Shown one piece after another: positions 15,581 to 28,730 of a stretch of DNA of 64,000 bases. The position numbers and the translations under genes are program-made. Source of the stretch: the human T2T-CHM13v2.0 reference genome, Homo sapiens; assembly GCF_009914755.1 (NCBI RefSeq), contig NC_060940.1, one strand, 5' to 3'. The notes beneath the pieces were generated by a model. It made no database searches, was not told where the DNA came from, and saw only the letters and a program-made list of their open reading frames with translations. How positions within the stretch are numbered: position 1 is the stretch's first letter; each line of letters starts with the position of its first letter.

Positions 15581-16165
15581 GAAATTACGAATTTCAGGAG
15601 TTAAAAAGAGGATGTCACTACAGATGCCACAGATATTAATAAGATAAAAGAATAGTATGAAAGACTCAATGCCCATAAATGTAAAAACTTGCATGATATG
15701 GAGCAATTCCCTGAATGATATCAACTACCAAAACTCACTTAACAAGTCAACCAGGACAGTTGTATATCGATTAAAGAAATGAAATTTGTAGTTAAAAACC
15801 TTCTAACAAACAGAAATTCCAGTCCCAGATGGTTTCACTAGAGAATTATACCAAACACTTAAGAAAGAAAAATCAATTCTACAGAATTTTTTCCAGAAAA
15901 ATAGAAGAAAAGAGAACACTTCCCAGAAAATAGAAGAAAAGAGAACACTTCCCAAAGCATTTTATGAGGCCAGCATTACTCTGATGCCAAAACCAGACAT
16001 TACAAGAAAAGAAAACTGCAGACCAATATTTATTATGAACATAGATATCAAAATTCTCCAAGAAATTTATCAAATCAAATCCAGAAATATATGAAAGAGA
16101 TAAGCCAAGTGGAGTTTATCCCAGGAATACAAAGCAGATTCAACATTCAAAAATTAGCCAATACA

Positions 16166-16293
16166 GCTGGGTGCAGTGGCCTCACGCTTGTAATCCCAGT
16201 GCTTTGGGAAGCCAACAGGGAGGATGGTTTGAGCCCAGGAGTTCAAGACCAGCCTGGACAACATAGTGAGACCCTCATCTCTACCAAAAAAAA
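16166..16293 (+). mobile_element. Alu monomer (FLAM-like) inside L1M
   Basis: gctgggtgcagtggc...gagaccctcatctctacc followed by an A-tail. Confidence 0.8.
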
Positions 16294-18049
16294 GGTTGTT
16301 TTTTAATCAGCCAATATAATTCACCATCTTAACAGTCTAAAGAAGAAAAACCACATGGTCACCTCTACAGTTACAGAAAAGGCATTTGACAAAATTCAAC
16401 ATCCATTCATGTGTTTTCTTTTAATCTCAACAAAATAGGAATAGAAGGAAACTTTCTTAATAGGATGAAGGACTTTTACTGAAAAACCCTACATCTAATA
16501 CCATAATTATAAAAGACCATTTCTTCCTAAGATTAGGACTAAGGCAAGGAAGTACTGCCTCACAGCACTCCTACTCAACATCATAGTGGAAGTCCTAGCT
16601 AGAGCAAAAAGGCAAGAAAATGAAATAAAAAGCAGAGAGAGTGGAATAGAAGAAATAATAAGTACACAAATAAACGACTCAAACTAAGAAAAACAAAACC
16701 AGATTCTGTGTTACAGAATGGTGATGGTTGGGGAAGGTGAATGGGGCTAGGGCTTAGGTGATCTGTGAAAGTCTTTCTGAGAAGATGATATTTGAGCTGA
16801 AATTTTAAGGATAGAGTAAAGCCAGCCATGAAAAAAAAATTACACACACACACAATGAATTTGTATGTTATGATCTATCCAGGATTTCTCACATCCTAAA
16901 CTTACAGCTTCAGAACTCACTCCTCACTGCCTCTCTCTAAGTTCTCCAATTGCAAAAGACTCTGATCAGCTGAAATCATCTTTTGGTCTTACATTCCAGA
17001 GAGCTGACCAAACTTGGTCCAATCAACTGATAAGGGAGAGGGTGGGCTGGAAGGTAAGAAGGTCACAAGGTTTAAGCAACAGGAATTAGGCAGGCAAATC
17101 TTAAAAGGTGATGGGGAGCAGTTTAGCAATTATTGACACTTCTCTGCAGGAACAAAATTAATAAGCCTCTATCCTTATGTAAAAACTAATTGACCAATAA
17201 ATTCCAAATATTGAAAATTGATAAATCCAGATGAAGGATGTAAGACAGTCATTGTACAATTCTTGCATGTTTTCTGTAGGTTTCAAATTTTTCAAAAAAT
17301 AAAGTTGGAGGGAAAAAAACCTGCATATCTTGAATTATACATTCTTGAATACATGTTACAGTTGACATAATTTGGAACTCTTTGTGAGTCAAAGCAATTT
17401 TAAACAAAATACAAAGATTAGAAAACAACTTACCTGTATACTATTGCATTCCTGGTCTTTGAAATCCTAGTTAAAATTCCTCTGCTAACTATCAGAGTCT
17501 CCAAAATTCACCCCCTTAATTGCAGAGTTTACAGAAAAAAAAAAAAAGTCTTTAACATTATCTGCCATTTCAATAGGACAAGGACAGAAATAATATTTAA
17601 GTAAGCAAAGTACAGTGTAACTCTGGAAGTCTAGTTAATGGAACCTTGGAAATTAAAAAGCATAATTACTTGCCCCTTATTCTGCTAATTGATTTAGGAA
17701 CCAGAAATACAATAATACAGCTATTTCACACAGAGACCTATTTAGCCTGAAATGAACTCCAAGTTTTCTGTACCACCTCAATTTTCATAAGAGATTTAAT
17801 CAACATTAGCAGAAATATGCATATTCTTAAAACTGACGTGCTTAGGCATTAGTAACTATGTTCAAATACCACAGGTTCTTTGGTGACTAATTCGTGACTA
17901 CTAGGCCAGGTGTGAACTACATTAATAAAACCACTTTCATTACTGTAATTAAATTTAAGTATAGAGAAGCTAAAAACAAATACTGTTCTAAAATACCTCT
18001 GCATTTATAGTGGAGTAGCTTGTATAGGTTTAACTCTCTCTAGCAGATA

Positions 18050-19670
18050 ATAATTATAACTCTGAATGAAATGTTTTTTTGAAAACAGTTATTTGAAGGC
18101 ACTGGAGAGAGACAGACCAAAAGGTGGCAGAAACTAGAGGGGAGTTGACCTCTAAACTAAGGTAACTAAGATGGAGGAATATTTGTATTTCAAAGGCTTT
18201 TTGCTTAAGGATACTCTCTAGTCTGTTCCCCATAGGGAGGCTAAAATGCAAGCAGAAATCTGTAATCCTATGGGCTTACTGAGTCAGATAATACAGTTGA
18301 GGTCTCCAATAGTAGCTGAAACGGGGGGAATCCCAATAAGAAGGAGGTTAAAGAAATAGGAGTTCTAAAATCTCTCTATATTTTCTACCCAATCTTTGAC
18401 CAACCTCTGAACTACAAATACACAGAGAAGACTATGAGGCTGCCAGCAAATGACAACAGCTGGAAAGGCTGAAAAAACTAAGCAGAACTTTCAGGGGCTG
18501 CCCAAAACATGTGAGTAGTCTGGAATTTGAGCCAGCCAAGTTAACTGCCCATCAGAACAAAAATCCACACTCTTCAGAGTAATACAAGAGATTCAGAAAT
18601 TATCACAACATATCACCCACAATGTCTGGTGGCCAAAACAATTACTAGACATATGACGGTACATTGTAATCCACAGTTAAGAGAAAAACCAGTCAATAAA
18701 ATCTGACCCTAAGAGGACCCAATTGCTAGAATTAGTAGAAAACAAGTTTAAAGTCACTATTATAAGTAGGTTAAAAGACTTAAAGAAAAATATGATCATA
18801 TGATATGAACATATGGAGGATATCAGCAGAAAAATAGAAACTATAAAAGAGAATCAAATGGGAATCACAGAACTGAAAACTAAAACACCTGAGATGAAAA
18901 ATTTTCTAGATGGAATTAACAGATTGAAGATGGCAGAAAAAAGAATCAGTAAATCAAGGCTAGTAATGTCATGGAGAAACTTGGCAGACAACATCTTAAC
19001 CAAGTGATCAAAGTTAACATTACTAACATTGGGAAAAAACCAACATCCTGTGCCTCCTGACATGATGCACTGAAAAGGAAATACTATCAGTTTTATGGGG
19101 TTTTGCCAAAAATCTATAACTTGAATCAAAATACGAGGAAACATAAAGCAAATGCAAATTGAGGGCCAATATATAAAATAACTGACCTAAACACTTTGAA
19201 AATTCCAAGGCCAAGAAGACAAAGATTGGCTGAGAAATTCTTCCAGATTCAAATAGACTAAACAGACATAAAAACCAATACAATGAATGACCATGGATCA
19301 GATCTGGACTAGGGACAGAGGGGAAGAGGAGCTATAAAGAACATTAATTAGACACTTATTGAAATTTGAATATGGACTATGGATTAGATAATAGTACTAC
19401 ATCAATGTTAAATAGTCTGACTTTGATCATTACACTGTGGTTATATAAGAGAATATCCTTGTTTTTAGAAAATGTATACCTAGGTATTTAAGGGGGCAAA
19501 ATGTCTCCAAGTTACTCTCGAATGGTTCAGATAATAAAATTATATGCACCCACAGAATGATAAATCAAATAGGGAAAAATGTAAACAACTGATGAATCTT
19601 GATAGAGGAGACGTGGGAGTTCCTTGTACTATTCTTGCAATTCTTCTGTTCATTTTGAAATTATACTGAA
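18050..19670 (+). mobile_element. Old L1M / L1MC fragments
   Basis: ORF1-like A-rich segment (18700-18950) and an L1MC-type 3' end (caagtgatcaaagttaacatt...gttccttgtactattcttgcaa). Confidence 0.6.
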
Positions 19671-19818
19671 CTAAATAAGGTGCCAAACATTACTATACCC
19701 TATTGGAAGTCTGACACATGACTACTTGGAGTGTAGATTAGTATACTACTGTGGAAAACTGTTGGTAGTATCTACTAGCCACTTGATAATTTAGCAATTC
19801 CACTTCTGGGTATATACC

Positions 19819-20208
19819 TGTCATGGTCTAAATTGTGTCTGCCAAAAATTTGTATGTTGAAGTGCTAACCCCAGTACCACAGAATGTGACCTTATTTGGA
19901 AATAGAGTTGTTGCAAATGTAGATAGCTGGTGTCCTTATGAAAAGGGGGAATTTGAACCCAGAAGCACTTACATAGGGAAAATTCCCTGTGAAAACTGGA
20001 GTTACGCTACTGCAAGTCAAAGCTGTCCCAGAAGCTAGGAGAGAAGCCTGGAACAGATCCTTCCCTAGTGCCTTCAGAGTGAGGACAGGCCTGGCTAACA
20101 TCTTCATCCTGGAGTTCTGGCCACCAAAACTGTGAGATAATAAATTTCTGTTGTTTAAGTCACTTAGTTTGTGGTACTTTGTTATAGCAGCCCCAGATAA
20201 TTAATCCA
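19819..20208 (+). mobile_element. MLT1A/B solo LTR
   Basis: tgtcatggtctaaattgtgtc...tatgttgaagtgctaacccc...aaatttctgttgtttaagtcac...ttgttatagcagccc. Confidence 0.8.
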
Positions 20209-20766
20209 ATATCCAACAGAAATGCATTCATATGAGCATCAAATGGTATATAGAAGAATGTTTATAGCAGCCCAAACTGAAAATATCCCAAGTATCAAGC
20301 AATAGTAGAATAAATAAGTTATATATTTATATAATGGAATCCTATACATGAAACAACATAAATTAATCTCACAAACATAATGAGTGAAAGAAGCCAGACA
20401 TAGACGAGGTAAAAGAAAAGAGAAGGTTCAGATACTGGTGAGGGAGAGAACCAGGGAAGACATAGCTTTAAAAGCACTATAAAGGTGGCTACACACAGAG
20501 GGCATATTTTAAAATCTTTTAAAGTAACACTAAAGGAGAAAGCCCTGAAAATACTGTGCTAGGAAAGCTATCTATTTTGGTCCACTTCCACTATCACACA
20601 GGAACCTAAAACTTCCTAAAAGTTCAGGAAAATGCATCTCATTTAAACAAGAGCCATAGAAAATGATTGTAATTAAACATATATATAGTGATATTGCAAG
20701 GAAAAGGCAGAAAATGATATGAGAAACATACCCCAAAGGAAGCACACTAAGAAAAGTCACAAGATG

Positions 20767-20861
20767 TGAACCCGGGAGGCGGAGCTTGCAGTGAGCCGAG
20801 ATCGCGCCACCACACTCCAGCCTGGGTGACAGCGCGAGACCCCATCTCAAAAAAAAAAAAA
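20767..20861 (+). mobile_element. AluY-like 3' fragment, heavily 5'-truncated
   Basis: tgaacccgggaggcggagcttgcagtgagccgagatcgcgccac with CpGs intact. Perfect 15-bp TSD aaaagtcacaagatg at 20752-20766 / 20862-20876. Confidence 0.92.
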
Positions 20862-20995
20862 AAAAGTCACAAGATGGATTTAAGTGCTATTAAAGAAGAA
20901 AACAGAAGCTCTAAAAGAACAACATAAATTAAAATAGAAAAATACAGTTTACATGATTAGTCAGCAGGAAGATAAAAAAAAATAGAGCTCAGTAA

Positions 20996-21394
20996 TGTTA
21001 AATCAAGTTTAGCCTGAAGCTGCCACCTTACATATTTTAAGTTCAGCCTAAAGGTTTCTCTGTACATCATGAACTATAACAAGTGGAGGTATAAACAGAT
21101 CAGAGCTTACGCTTGTGCCAGTCACCGAGTTTTGGCCAATCAAATGTAGCCAACTGTTTGAACCCTGTTCAAATAAGGCAAATGCCAATCTGTAACCAAT
21201 CCAGCTGTTTCTGTACCTCACTTCTGTTTTCTGTATATCACTTTCCTTTTTCTATCTATAAATCTTCTTCCACCACATGGCTGCACTGGAGTCTCTAAGC
21301 CTACTCTGGCTCAGGAGGCTGCCCAATTCACAAATTGTCTATTGCTGAATTAAATGCCTTTAAATTTAATTCAGCTGAAGTTTTTCTTTCATCA
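20996..21394 (+). mobile_element. MER57-like ERV1 solo LTR
   Basis: TG...CA termini, start tgttaaatcaagtttagcctgaagctgcc, 4-bp TSD gtaa (20992-20995 / 21395-21398). Confidence 0.8.
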
Positions 21395-21799
21395 GTAAGG
21401 AAATAAGAAGAAACCAATTACTTCACATATGAATGTTAAACATAAGAGCTAACATACATAATGGAAAACAGTAACAGAAATAGAAAAAGGAAATTAAAAA
21501 TCAAACAAAAATAAAAAGATAAAAAATAATTTAAGAGAAAGTAATAGATACAGAAGACAGGTGCTAATATACAACATACATTAACAGCAGTCCCTAAACA
21601 AGGCAATCAAAGAAATAATGTAATTAAAACAATTAATTATATTAACAGAATTAAAGAGAATATGTTCATATCCACTGATTTAAAAAATGGAAACATTTAA
21701 ACAAACATTTATGTTTTTTAAAAACTCCAAAAACTAGGAAAACCTCCTTAATAAAAATAGTAAACTAAAAAATCAGCACCTAATGGGGAAACACTAGAG

Positions 21800-23639
21800 T
21801 AACAGTTCTAAAAGTGTGGCCCATGGACCTTTTCAAGAGTCTGTGAGATCAAAAACTATTTTCATGGTAAAACTGAGACAGGAGATCAGCAGGACTTGTG
21901 TTCCCAGCACCCGACTCAGCAAAGAAACCAGCGAAAACCAAGATGGTGACTACAGCAACCTCTAGTTGCTCTCATTGCTCATTATATGCTAATTATAATT
22001 AATTTGCATGCTAAAAGACACTCCTACCAGTGGCTTGACAGATTACAAATGCCATGGCAACCCCTAGAAGTTACCTTATGTGGTTTAAAAGGGGAGGAAT
22101 CCTTGGTTCCAGGAACTCCCCAGCTCTTTTCCAGAAAAGTCATGAATAAACTGCCCCTTACGTAGCATATAGTCAAGGAATAGCCATATATACTGCTAGC
22201 CAGCAATCCACAGGGCTGCTGCTGCTGTCTGTTGTTCGAATAAACTTGCTTTGGCTTTGCTCTGTTGGTTCACGCATGAATTATTTCCTGTGTGAAGCCA
22301 AGAACCCTCCTGGGCTGAGCCCCAATTTTGGGGTTTGCCTGCATTGAAACTAAGACATTATGCATCTTTTCACAATGTCAGTAGTTGCACTGATGGTGCA
22401 AAGCAGTGGTGAGCAAAACTGCTGTTGCCTTAGCACAAATCAAGGCAGGGCACCAAACTATACTAGTAGGCATTGTATTCTTCATCATACATGCTCATAA
22501 TGGGGGTCAGAGGGAGCCATTTTTACTTAAGAATGTCCTTGATGAAGTAGCAAAAAATATTAATTGTATTAAGTCTTGCTCTTAAGAGTACATGACTTTA
22601 ATAATATTGAAGAAATGGAAAGTTGTGTACACATAAAGCTCTTGCTGCACCCCAAAGTAGAACGAGTGCCTCCAGGAAAAGCATTTGTGTAACTGAGTTG
22701 CAAAGTCAAATGGTGCATTTTTCATGAAATACCATTTTTACTGGAAAGAAAAACTGGCAAACGATAGTTATTGAGACGAGTATTTGGCAGATATTTTCTC
22801 AAAAATGAATAAAGTGAGCAACGCTTCAAGGAAAACAACTGTCAGTGTTTTTTGACATGATAAAATTTGAGCATTCAAGGAAAAATTAGAATTTTATAAA
22901 ACATGTGTCCATCACTCTGAGCTTGACAGCTTCCCAATACTTAGATTTGTTTGATGAGATCAGTGGTGATGTTTTAAAATGTAACTTTTTGCATAATGTA
23001 TAATCAAATGTGTCAACATTTGCATGATCTGCATAACTCAGTGAACCAATATTTTTCAAATGACAAATTCATGGTGTTAAAAAAACCACATATGGGTAAA
23101 TGATCCATTCAAAGTACAAGACAGATCAATGGATTTTAGTGTAAGAGTCAAAAAAATTCATAATATAGCTTGATTCTTCATTGCAACCAATGTTTAAGAA
23201 ACTATTACCTGCCAAATTTTGATGTAACATCAAAAAAATCCATAATTACCTTAAAGGTTATTAAAATACTACTCCCTTTCCCAACTTCATATCTATATGA
23301 GGCCATATTTTCTTAAATATTTCAACCAAAACAATGTATTCCGACAGATTGTAGAATCAGATGAGAATCCAGCTGTCTCCTATTATAAAGACAAAAATGA
23401 TTCACAAGAATGTAAATATCACATTTCTCACTACATTTTGTTTTGAAAGATATTTTTCATAAAAAATTATGACATGCAATAGTTTTATCATTGTTATATT
23501 AACATTAATAAAATTTGTCTCAGTTATTAATCTGACATGAATTATATCAACAGATATAACTCTCAAACAAAAGCTCTTTGGGTTCCTTGATAATTATTGA
23601 GAGACTAAATTTTGAGGCCCAACATTTTGAGATCCACTG
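21800..23639 (+). mobile_element. Charlie1-type hAT DNA transposon (internally deleted)
   Basis: Termini resemble CAGTGGTTCTCAAAGTGTGG and ...tttgagatccactg. 8-bp TSD cacta(g/t)ag at 21792-21799 / 23640-23647. Confidence 0.75.
21874..22346 (+). mobile_element. MER41-family ERV1 solo LTR nested in the Charlie element
   Basis: Shares the block gcatgctaaaagacactcc...acaaatgccatggcaac...gaagttacc with 8549-9159. 4-bp TSD aaac (21870-21873 / 22347-22350). Confidence 0.75.
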
Positions 23640-25717
23640 CACTATAGCCACTAAAATCAGGGGGATGTGAGCCCTGGGAAGAAAATATACACAATGAAAC
23701 AGGTGCATATTATGCCAGAATGTGTGAAAGCTATCAGACTGTTGAATTACATTTTAAAAAATGACACAGGCATCAACATGAAGGAGCCCTTCCCCTACCC
23801 ACCCAAGCCAAATTTGAGTAATTTGAACATCAAGTAAGAATAGTCATAATTGATTAAAATGTATCCAGTATACAACCAACCATGAGTTCCTAGAGAGTTT
23901 AAAAACAACCACAACCACAACAACGAAATCTCATTGGTCACCTTTCAAGGTTGGTAAGACACAAACTTATCTTTCTGAAAATTGATAAAGGTTAAAGAAA
24001 TTAAACATCTGTCCAGCTTTTCCTAAACTACTTCAGAAAAAAAATGGTTGATGAATTCATCTTCATTAAAGTTCAGTTAATACAGAAGGAACCTGGTTAG
24101 GAAAACACTGCTTGCAACCCTTAATAAATAGAGCTAGTATCAATATTCAGTGGATGCTAAACCTATTAAGTGAAAGATAGAAAATTTAATTGATGGATCA
24201 GGTTGACAATATCTAAACTGATTAACCTTAATATAACTGAGGGAAGCAGCTAGCCATTTTGTGCTTGTGAAGTGATGAAAAGAAAGTACACACCACCCTC
24301 ACGAACTATTCTTGCAAAAAGCAATCAATTCTGCAAATCTACCTACCAATCTATGGGAAATCTGTGGCATAGAAATGCAATTAAAAAGTAATCACAAATA
24401 ACTAATCAGCCAAATTCAGATTATAAAAAAGGTTACAGGATGAATAACCAGTTCTTCAGCCATTTAAATGGCATGGCCAACAAAATGTTGGGGCTGGGCT
24501 CGGGGACAGGGACTAAATCGATTAAGAGAGACCTCAGAAACATCAAATAAACAGAAGAAGCCTTATTTGGCTCCTTATCTGAAAGGAAACAACAACAATA
24601 AAAAGGTATTTCTGAGACAACCTGGAAAACAGGCATTGGGTGATATTGAAAATGGGTATTAAACATGGACTGGGTATTGGGTGATATTGTTAGGTGTGGT
24701 AAATTGCTTAACTGTGAAAGATATGTATTTGTATGTCTGTATGTATTTAGAGGTATGTATTTCATGAATTTAAAATACTCCAAGAAAAAAAGTGGAGGGT
24801 GAAACAAGTTCAGTAAAATGCTGATAGTTACGAAAACTGGGTGCAGGTACATGGGGTGAGGGTGGGGGTTGTTACATCATTTTAATTTTGTGTATGTCTG
24901 AAGGTTTTCTATAATAAAAACAAAATCAAATAGCATTCTGTAGAAACCTATATTGATGATATAGCATACAAAATAAGTACATATCATATACTTATTCACA
25001 ATGAGCACGTGCTTGAATTTATAATCCTAAAAAAAAGAAAATGAAAAAAGACATAACAACGTAAGATCACTCAAAGTAATGCTGAATCTGAATGATGCAA
25101 GCAAGTTAAGTGCAATAGCTCCACAAAGATTAACATTACTGTAGTTGCAGGCATGTTGTTTACCCTACTAAAAAGAAATCCACTCAAAAATATTTCTGTT
25201 TTCAATTTTCCCAGCTATTCTATTATAGATACAGATTTTTGAATCCTGGGATTCAATGGAAACAAAATAGAAACTCTCAAAAGTAGACAGAAAAAACACA
25301 TCTGTCTTGCCCAGTAAAATAATTTGGTGTTGAAGCACAATCTTAAATAGCAAAAAAATGCAGAAACACATAAAATATGTTTATCAGCAAAGATCAGTAT
25401 AATATTTCAAGGTAATGAACACAAATAGTTTAAAGAAAAATCTTTACAAACGTTTTCCTTAAATCACAACAATCCAAGCCATAAATTAAAATATGGCCAT
25501 AATATTAATACTACATGTCCCATAATAAGCTAAACTGATGTGCTGCACTTGGTATGAACACAGAATGATCACACCTAGTTGATATGGCTCTGAAAAGACA
25601 CAAAGATCAAGATCTCAAAAAATTCAGAGAAATATTATCATGGATACAATTTGTAAATGAGTACACAACCTATATGTGAAACAAGCAGATTGGACTAAAA
25701 TTTTCAGTTGAGTGAAA

Positions 25718-25753
25718 TTAGACCGCTCAGCCACACTATCACCCACATGCTGG
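25718..25753 (-). pseudogene. Tail-less retropseudogene of a tRNA-Leu 5' fragment (nt ~1-23) plus putative 13-nt leader
   Basis: Minus strand GATAGTGTGGCTGAGCGGTCTAA matches the tRNA-Leu(AAG/TAG) 5' end GGTAGCGTGGCCGAGCGGTCTAA at 20/23 (two CpG transitions). Flanked by the perfect 14-bp direct repeat gttgagtgaaatta (25707-25720, 25754-25767). Confidence 0.75.
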
Positions 25754-26527
25754 GTTGAGTGAAATTAAATGCTAACTATGCTTAATGACAGATAATTTTT
25801 AAATCTTTTCACTAATAATGCACTTTCATGTATCTGTGGTCATAAAGAAGCTTCACCTCCTCCCAAATCATTCCAGTATAAACTTATAGTTATCAAAAAT
25901 AACTTATTTGCATTTCTGTTTTGGCCAACAAAGAAAAAGCAAATATTAAACAGACAATAAAAGAATAAGGGGGCAGGGGAGAACTCATTATTCAAGGCCT
26001 GCAATTTTATATAAACTAAAAAATGCATTAGAGGCTCAAAATAATAACCCATATACATCTATTGAGCATTATTCTTTTAATTACATGTCCTAAAACATAC
26101 CTACATACTATGAGTTACCATACGTAGTATCAAGCTTTGAGTTTACTTGCTACTTGGCCCATTAGGCCAACCCTAAAAAATGCTTACCATTGAAATGGAA
26201 ATTCATTTTCCATTTCAATATTGAATTTGAAATATTCATATTTTGTTCCATATTGAAATTTTTGCTTTATATTGAGTTCTGCTCCTAAGATCAGTCCAAA
26301 ATGTTTTATCCAGCTTTTTTTTAAAGGTGTGGGAAGCCTATTATAAAATAATTGAGTCTCTCTTTTCAGTGTCAACTATGTAGTAAACAAATTTGCAGCC
26401 AAGTCTTGCATATCTGTCCCATCTCGATATAATAATTTGTCATCATTTTAAGAGTATAATACTTACACTAAGTGTATGTTTTGTTCAAATTAAACAGATT
26501 ACAAAGGAAACAATTTGATGTTTGTTT

Positions 26528-26533
26528 TTTAAT
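26528..26533 (-). terminator. Candidate distal CMTR2 polyadenylation signal ATTAAA
   Basis: TTTAAT on plus. The downstream minus-strand sequence is U/GU-rich (ttgtttcctttgtaatctgttt). Confidence 0.45.
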
Positions 26534-27438
26534 AGATATTACAAATTAAAAATCTCAAAACCTGTGGAAAAAAGTTTTTAAGAACAGTCTACCTTGGTAA
26601 AACATGCATACTCTCACCTCTTCCTGTCTTCTTCTACTTTTCCATTCATCTTTTGAATAGCATTTTTCCTCTCCTTTCTCTTAAAGAGAAACTCATATAA
26701 ATCATTAGTACCTGTCATCTATTAATATATCCAGTTCAATCTGAACCTTCCTCAAGTCATGTCTAACCTCTAAAGCAATTTGAATCCAATGAATCAGATG
26801 AGCAATTGATTCCAAAACCCACGTTAAAAAGCAAAATACATTTGAGAATACTTCAGTGTTATATATTCCAGTACAGATCAGTGTCAACAAAACACTAAGC
26901 ATTCAATACTTATTTGAAGGGCTTAAAGACAGTAATAATGCTAGAATCTGGACCCATGCCTTCAACTTCATTCTTATCAAATAGTTAAAATAAGTAAAAA
27001 ATAAGCTGCATTATTAGTATATTGAATCCCACTTAGCAAGGCATAAAGACTATTAAGTGCAAAATGGTTTTCCAAGAGTGTTTTTTTTTTTTCCTCCTGG
27101 TAATCAACCTTCTGTCAGACTTCCATCATCATACAACTGGAATTGCTTCCATAGAGTCACCAGTAGGAAATCAGATTTCTTTCAAAAATCTACTTCCAGG
27201 CCTCCACACACTCCTCTTCCAATCCCCCTTAAGTATTCAATTTCTTTCCTGAAGTAGGCCTTCCATAAGTATTACAGTATTAAGGACTAAATTTTAATGA
27301 ATGCAAATCAGAGAAAATGAAAGAACATTAACTATCATTCAAAACTCCCTTTAAAAATGTCTGTTTCCAACTTATATTTTTAACTTCTCCCATAATTCCA
27401 TTTAAAAAAGATGAACACAAAATCTCTCTAGTAATGAC

Positions 27439-27444
27439 TTTATT
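27439..27444 (-). terminator. Candidate CMTR2 polyadenylation signal AATAAA
   Basis: TTTATT on plus ~1.3 kb past the stop, followed on minus by GU/U-rich sequence (ttgtgttcatctttttt). Further AATAAA at 27502-27507 and 28119-28124. Confidence 0.6.
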
Positions 27445-28730
27445 CATGAATCTATAATGGAATTCAAAATAGCAAAGAACATGAAAATGTTCAGATTAAT
27501 ATTTATTAACCAAATGCATCAGAAAATACATCTATTTTCACATATCAAAAGTGCCTAAAATGCATGTGAGAATATAAATATTCTCCACTTTGTGGAACTT
27601 CAAGATAATGAAAAATTGCTTAATACACTTTGCCACAAAAACTCATTACACTGCAAATACAGAAGAAATAAAATAACTCATTACATTGCAGATACAAAAG
27701 AAATCAAATGTAACTGGCAAAATAACCATTTCATGGCTAATCTTTTGGTAAAGTGCTATTTTCACACTGAAAAAAAGAAATTAGAAAAGATTAAAAATTT
27801 TAAATTCTGAACCATCATTCTGAAAGTCTGAAGCGTTTTCTTTAGTATTCACTATGTTCATCACATTCATGTGTTCCCAACATGAGACTAAACACTATCT
27901 CAAAATCTTAAAAAATCTTTCCATTCACAGATTATTTCCTGGAAGTTAAAAATTATTACATCATTGCTAAATGAAGCTTTTCACAATACAGGCGTGTATT
28001 AGATACAACAAATAATTTTTCATTGTTCTAAACATGATCTTTGGTTTAAAGCTGTCCCGTTATATTTTTATAGTTGGATGGTGTGGTCAGTAAAAGATTC
28101 ATACAACAGCATACTAGTTTTATTTGAGCCATGTAAGAAAATAGGGTCAATCACCTAAGGGCAATGAATGGCATGTTATCAAGAATCTGGCGAGATGAAT
28201 TCCCTGAAATTCATAACTGATGTGTTAACGGAAATCAGTGTTGCTGAACAGTGATTTACTCATTTCCTTTCCTCAATTACCTCTCTCAATTCATTAACAA
28301 CATTAACCAATGAGAGGAAATTAGTTGGAAAATTCACTAACAGCATTAGCCACTAAGAGGAAATCGGCTGGAAAAAAAAAACTAATCTGAACAAAGGTAC
28401 ACAGATGCAAATCTTAAGCAGATTAAGTAAGACCAACTAAATGGCATAGGTAAGCATGGCTGTGGCCACCCATACACATACACACACCTCATATTTAGAG
28501 TGTGAATATCTATCATTGCATAGATTCCACCACGTGGAAGAGCTCTATGCCTGTGGGTGTATATACCCTAGAGATCAGAATGGATGGTTTTCCAGAATTA
28601 ATGAGACTTTGAATGATGCAAATGTTGGCCTTTCCCCAAAATAAAAGGTTTTTAAATTAATAGAGCAACAGGATGCAAATACTGGGCAAATTATAAGAAA
28701 TCATAAAGTTGAATCTCAGAAAGCATATGT

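Noticed and set aside
15200-15724. ORFs of 79-174 aa with poly-E/R/K or F/L/S composition (also 38088-38367 and 47409-47630)
   Set aside because: Translations of purine/pyrimidine microsatellites.
17428-17550. Perfect minus-strand donor CAG|GTAAGT near a poly-pyrimidine tract, suggesting a read-through exon downstream of CMTR2
   Set aside because: No convincing acceptor or ORF, and such motifs occur by chance in 64 kb. It cannot be supported without RNA data.
25707-25767. Repeat-spacer-repeat unit as CRISPR-like
   Set aside because: Only two 14-bp repeats in primate DNA with no cas genes; a target-site duplication explains it.
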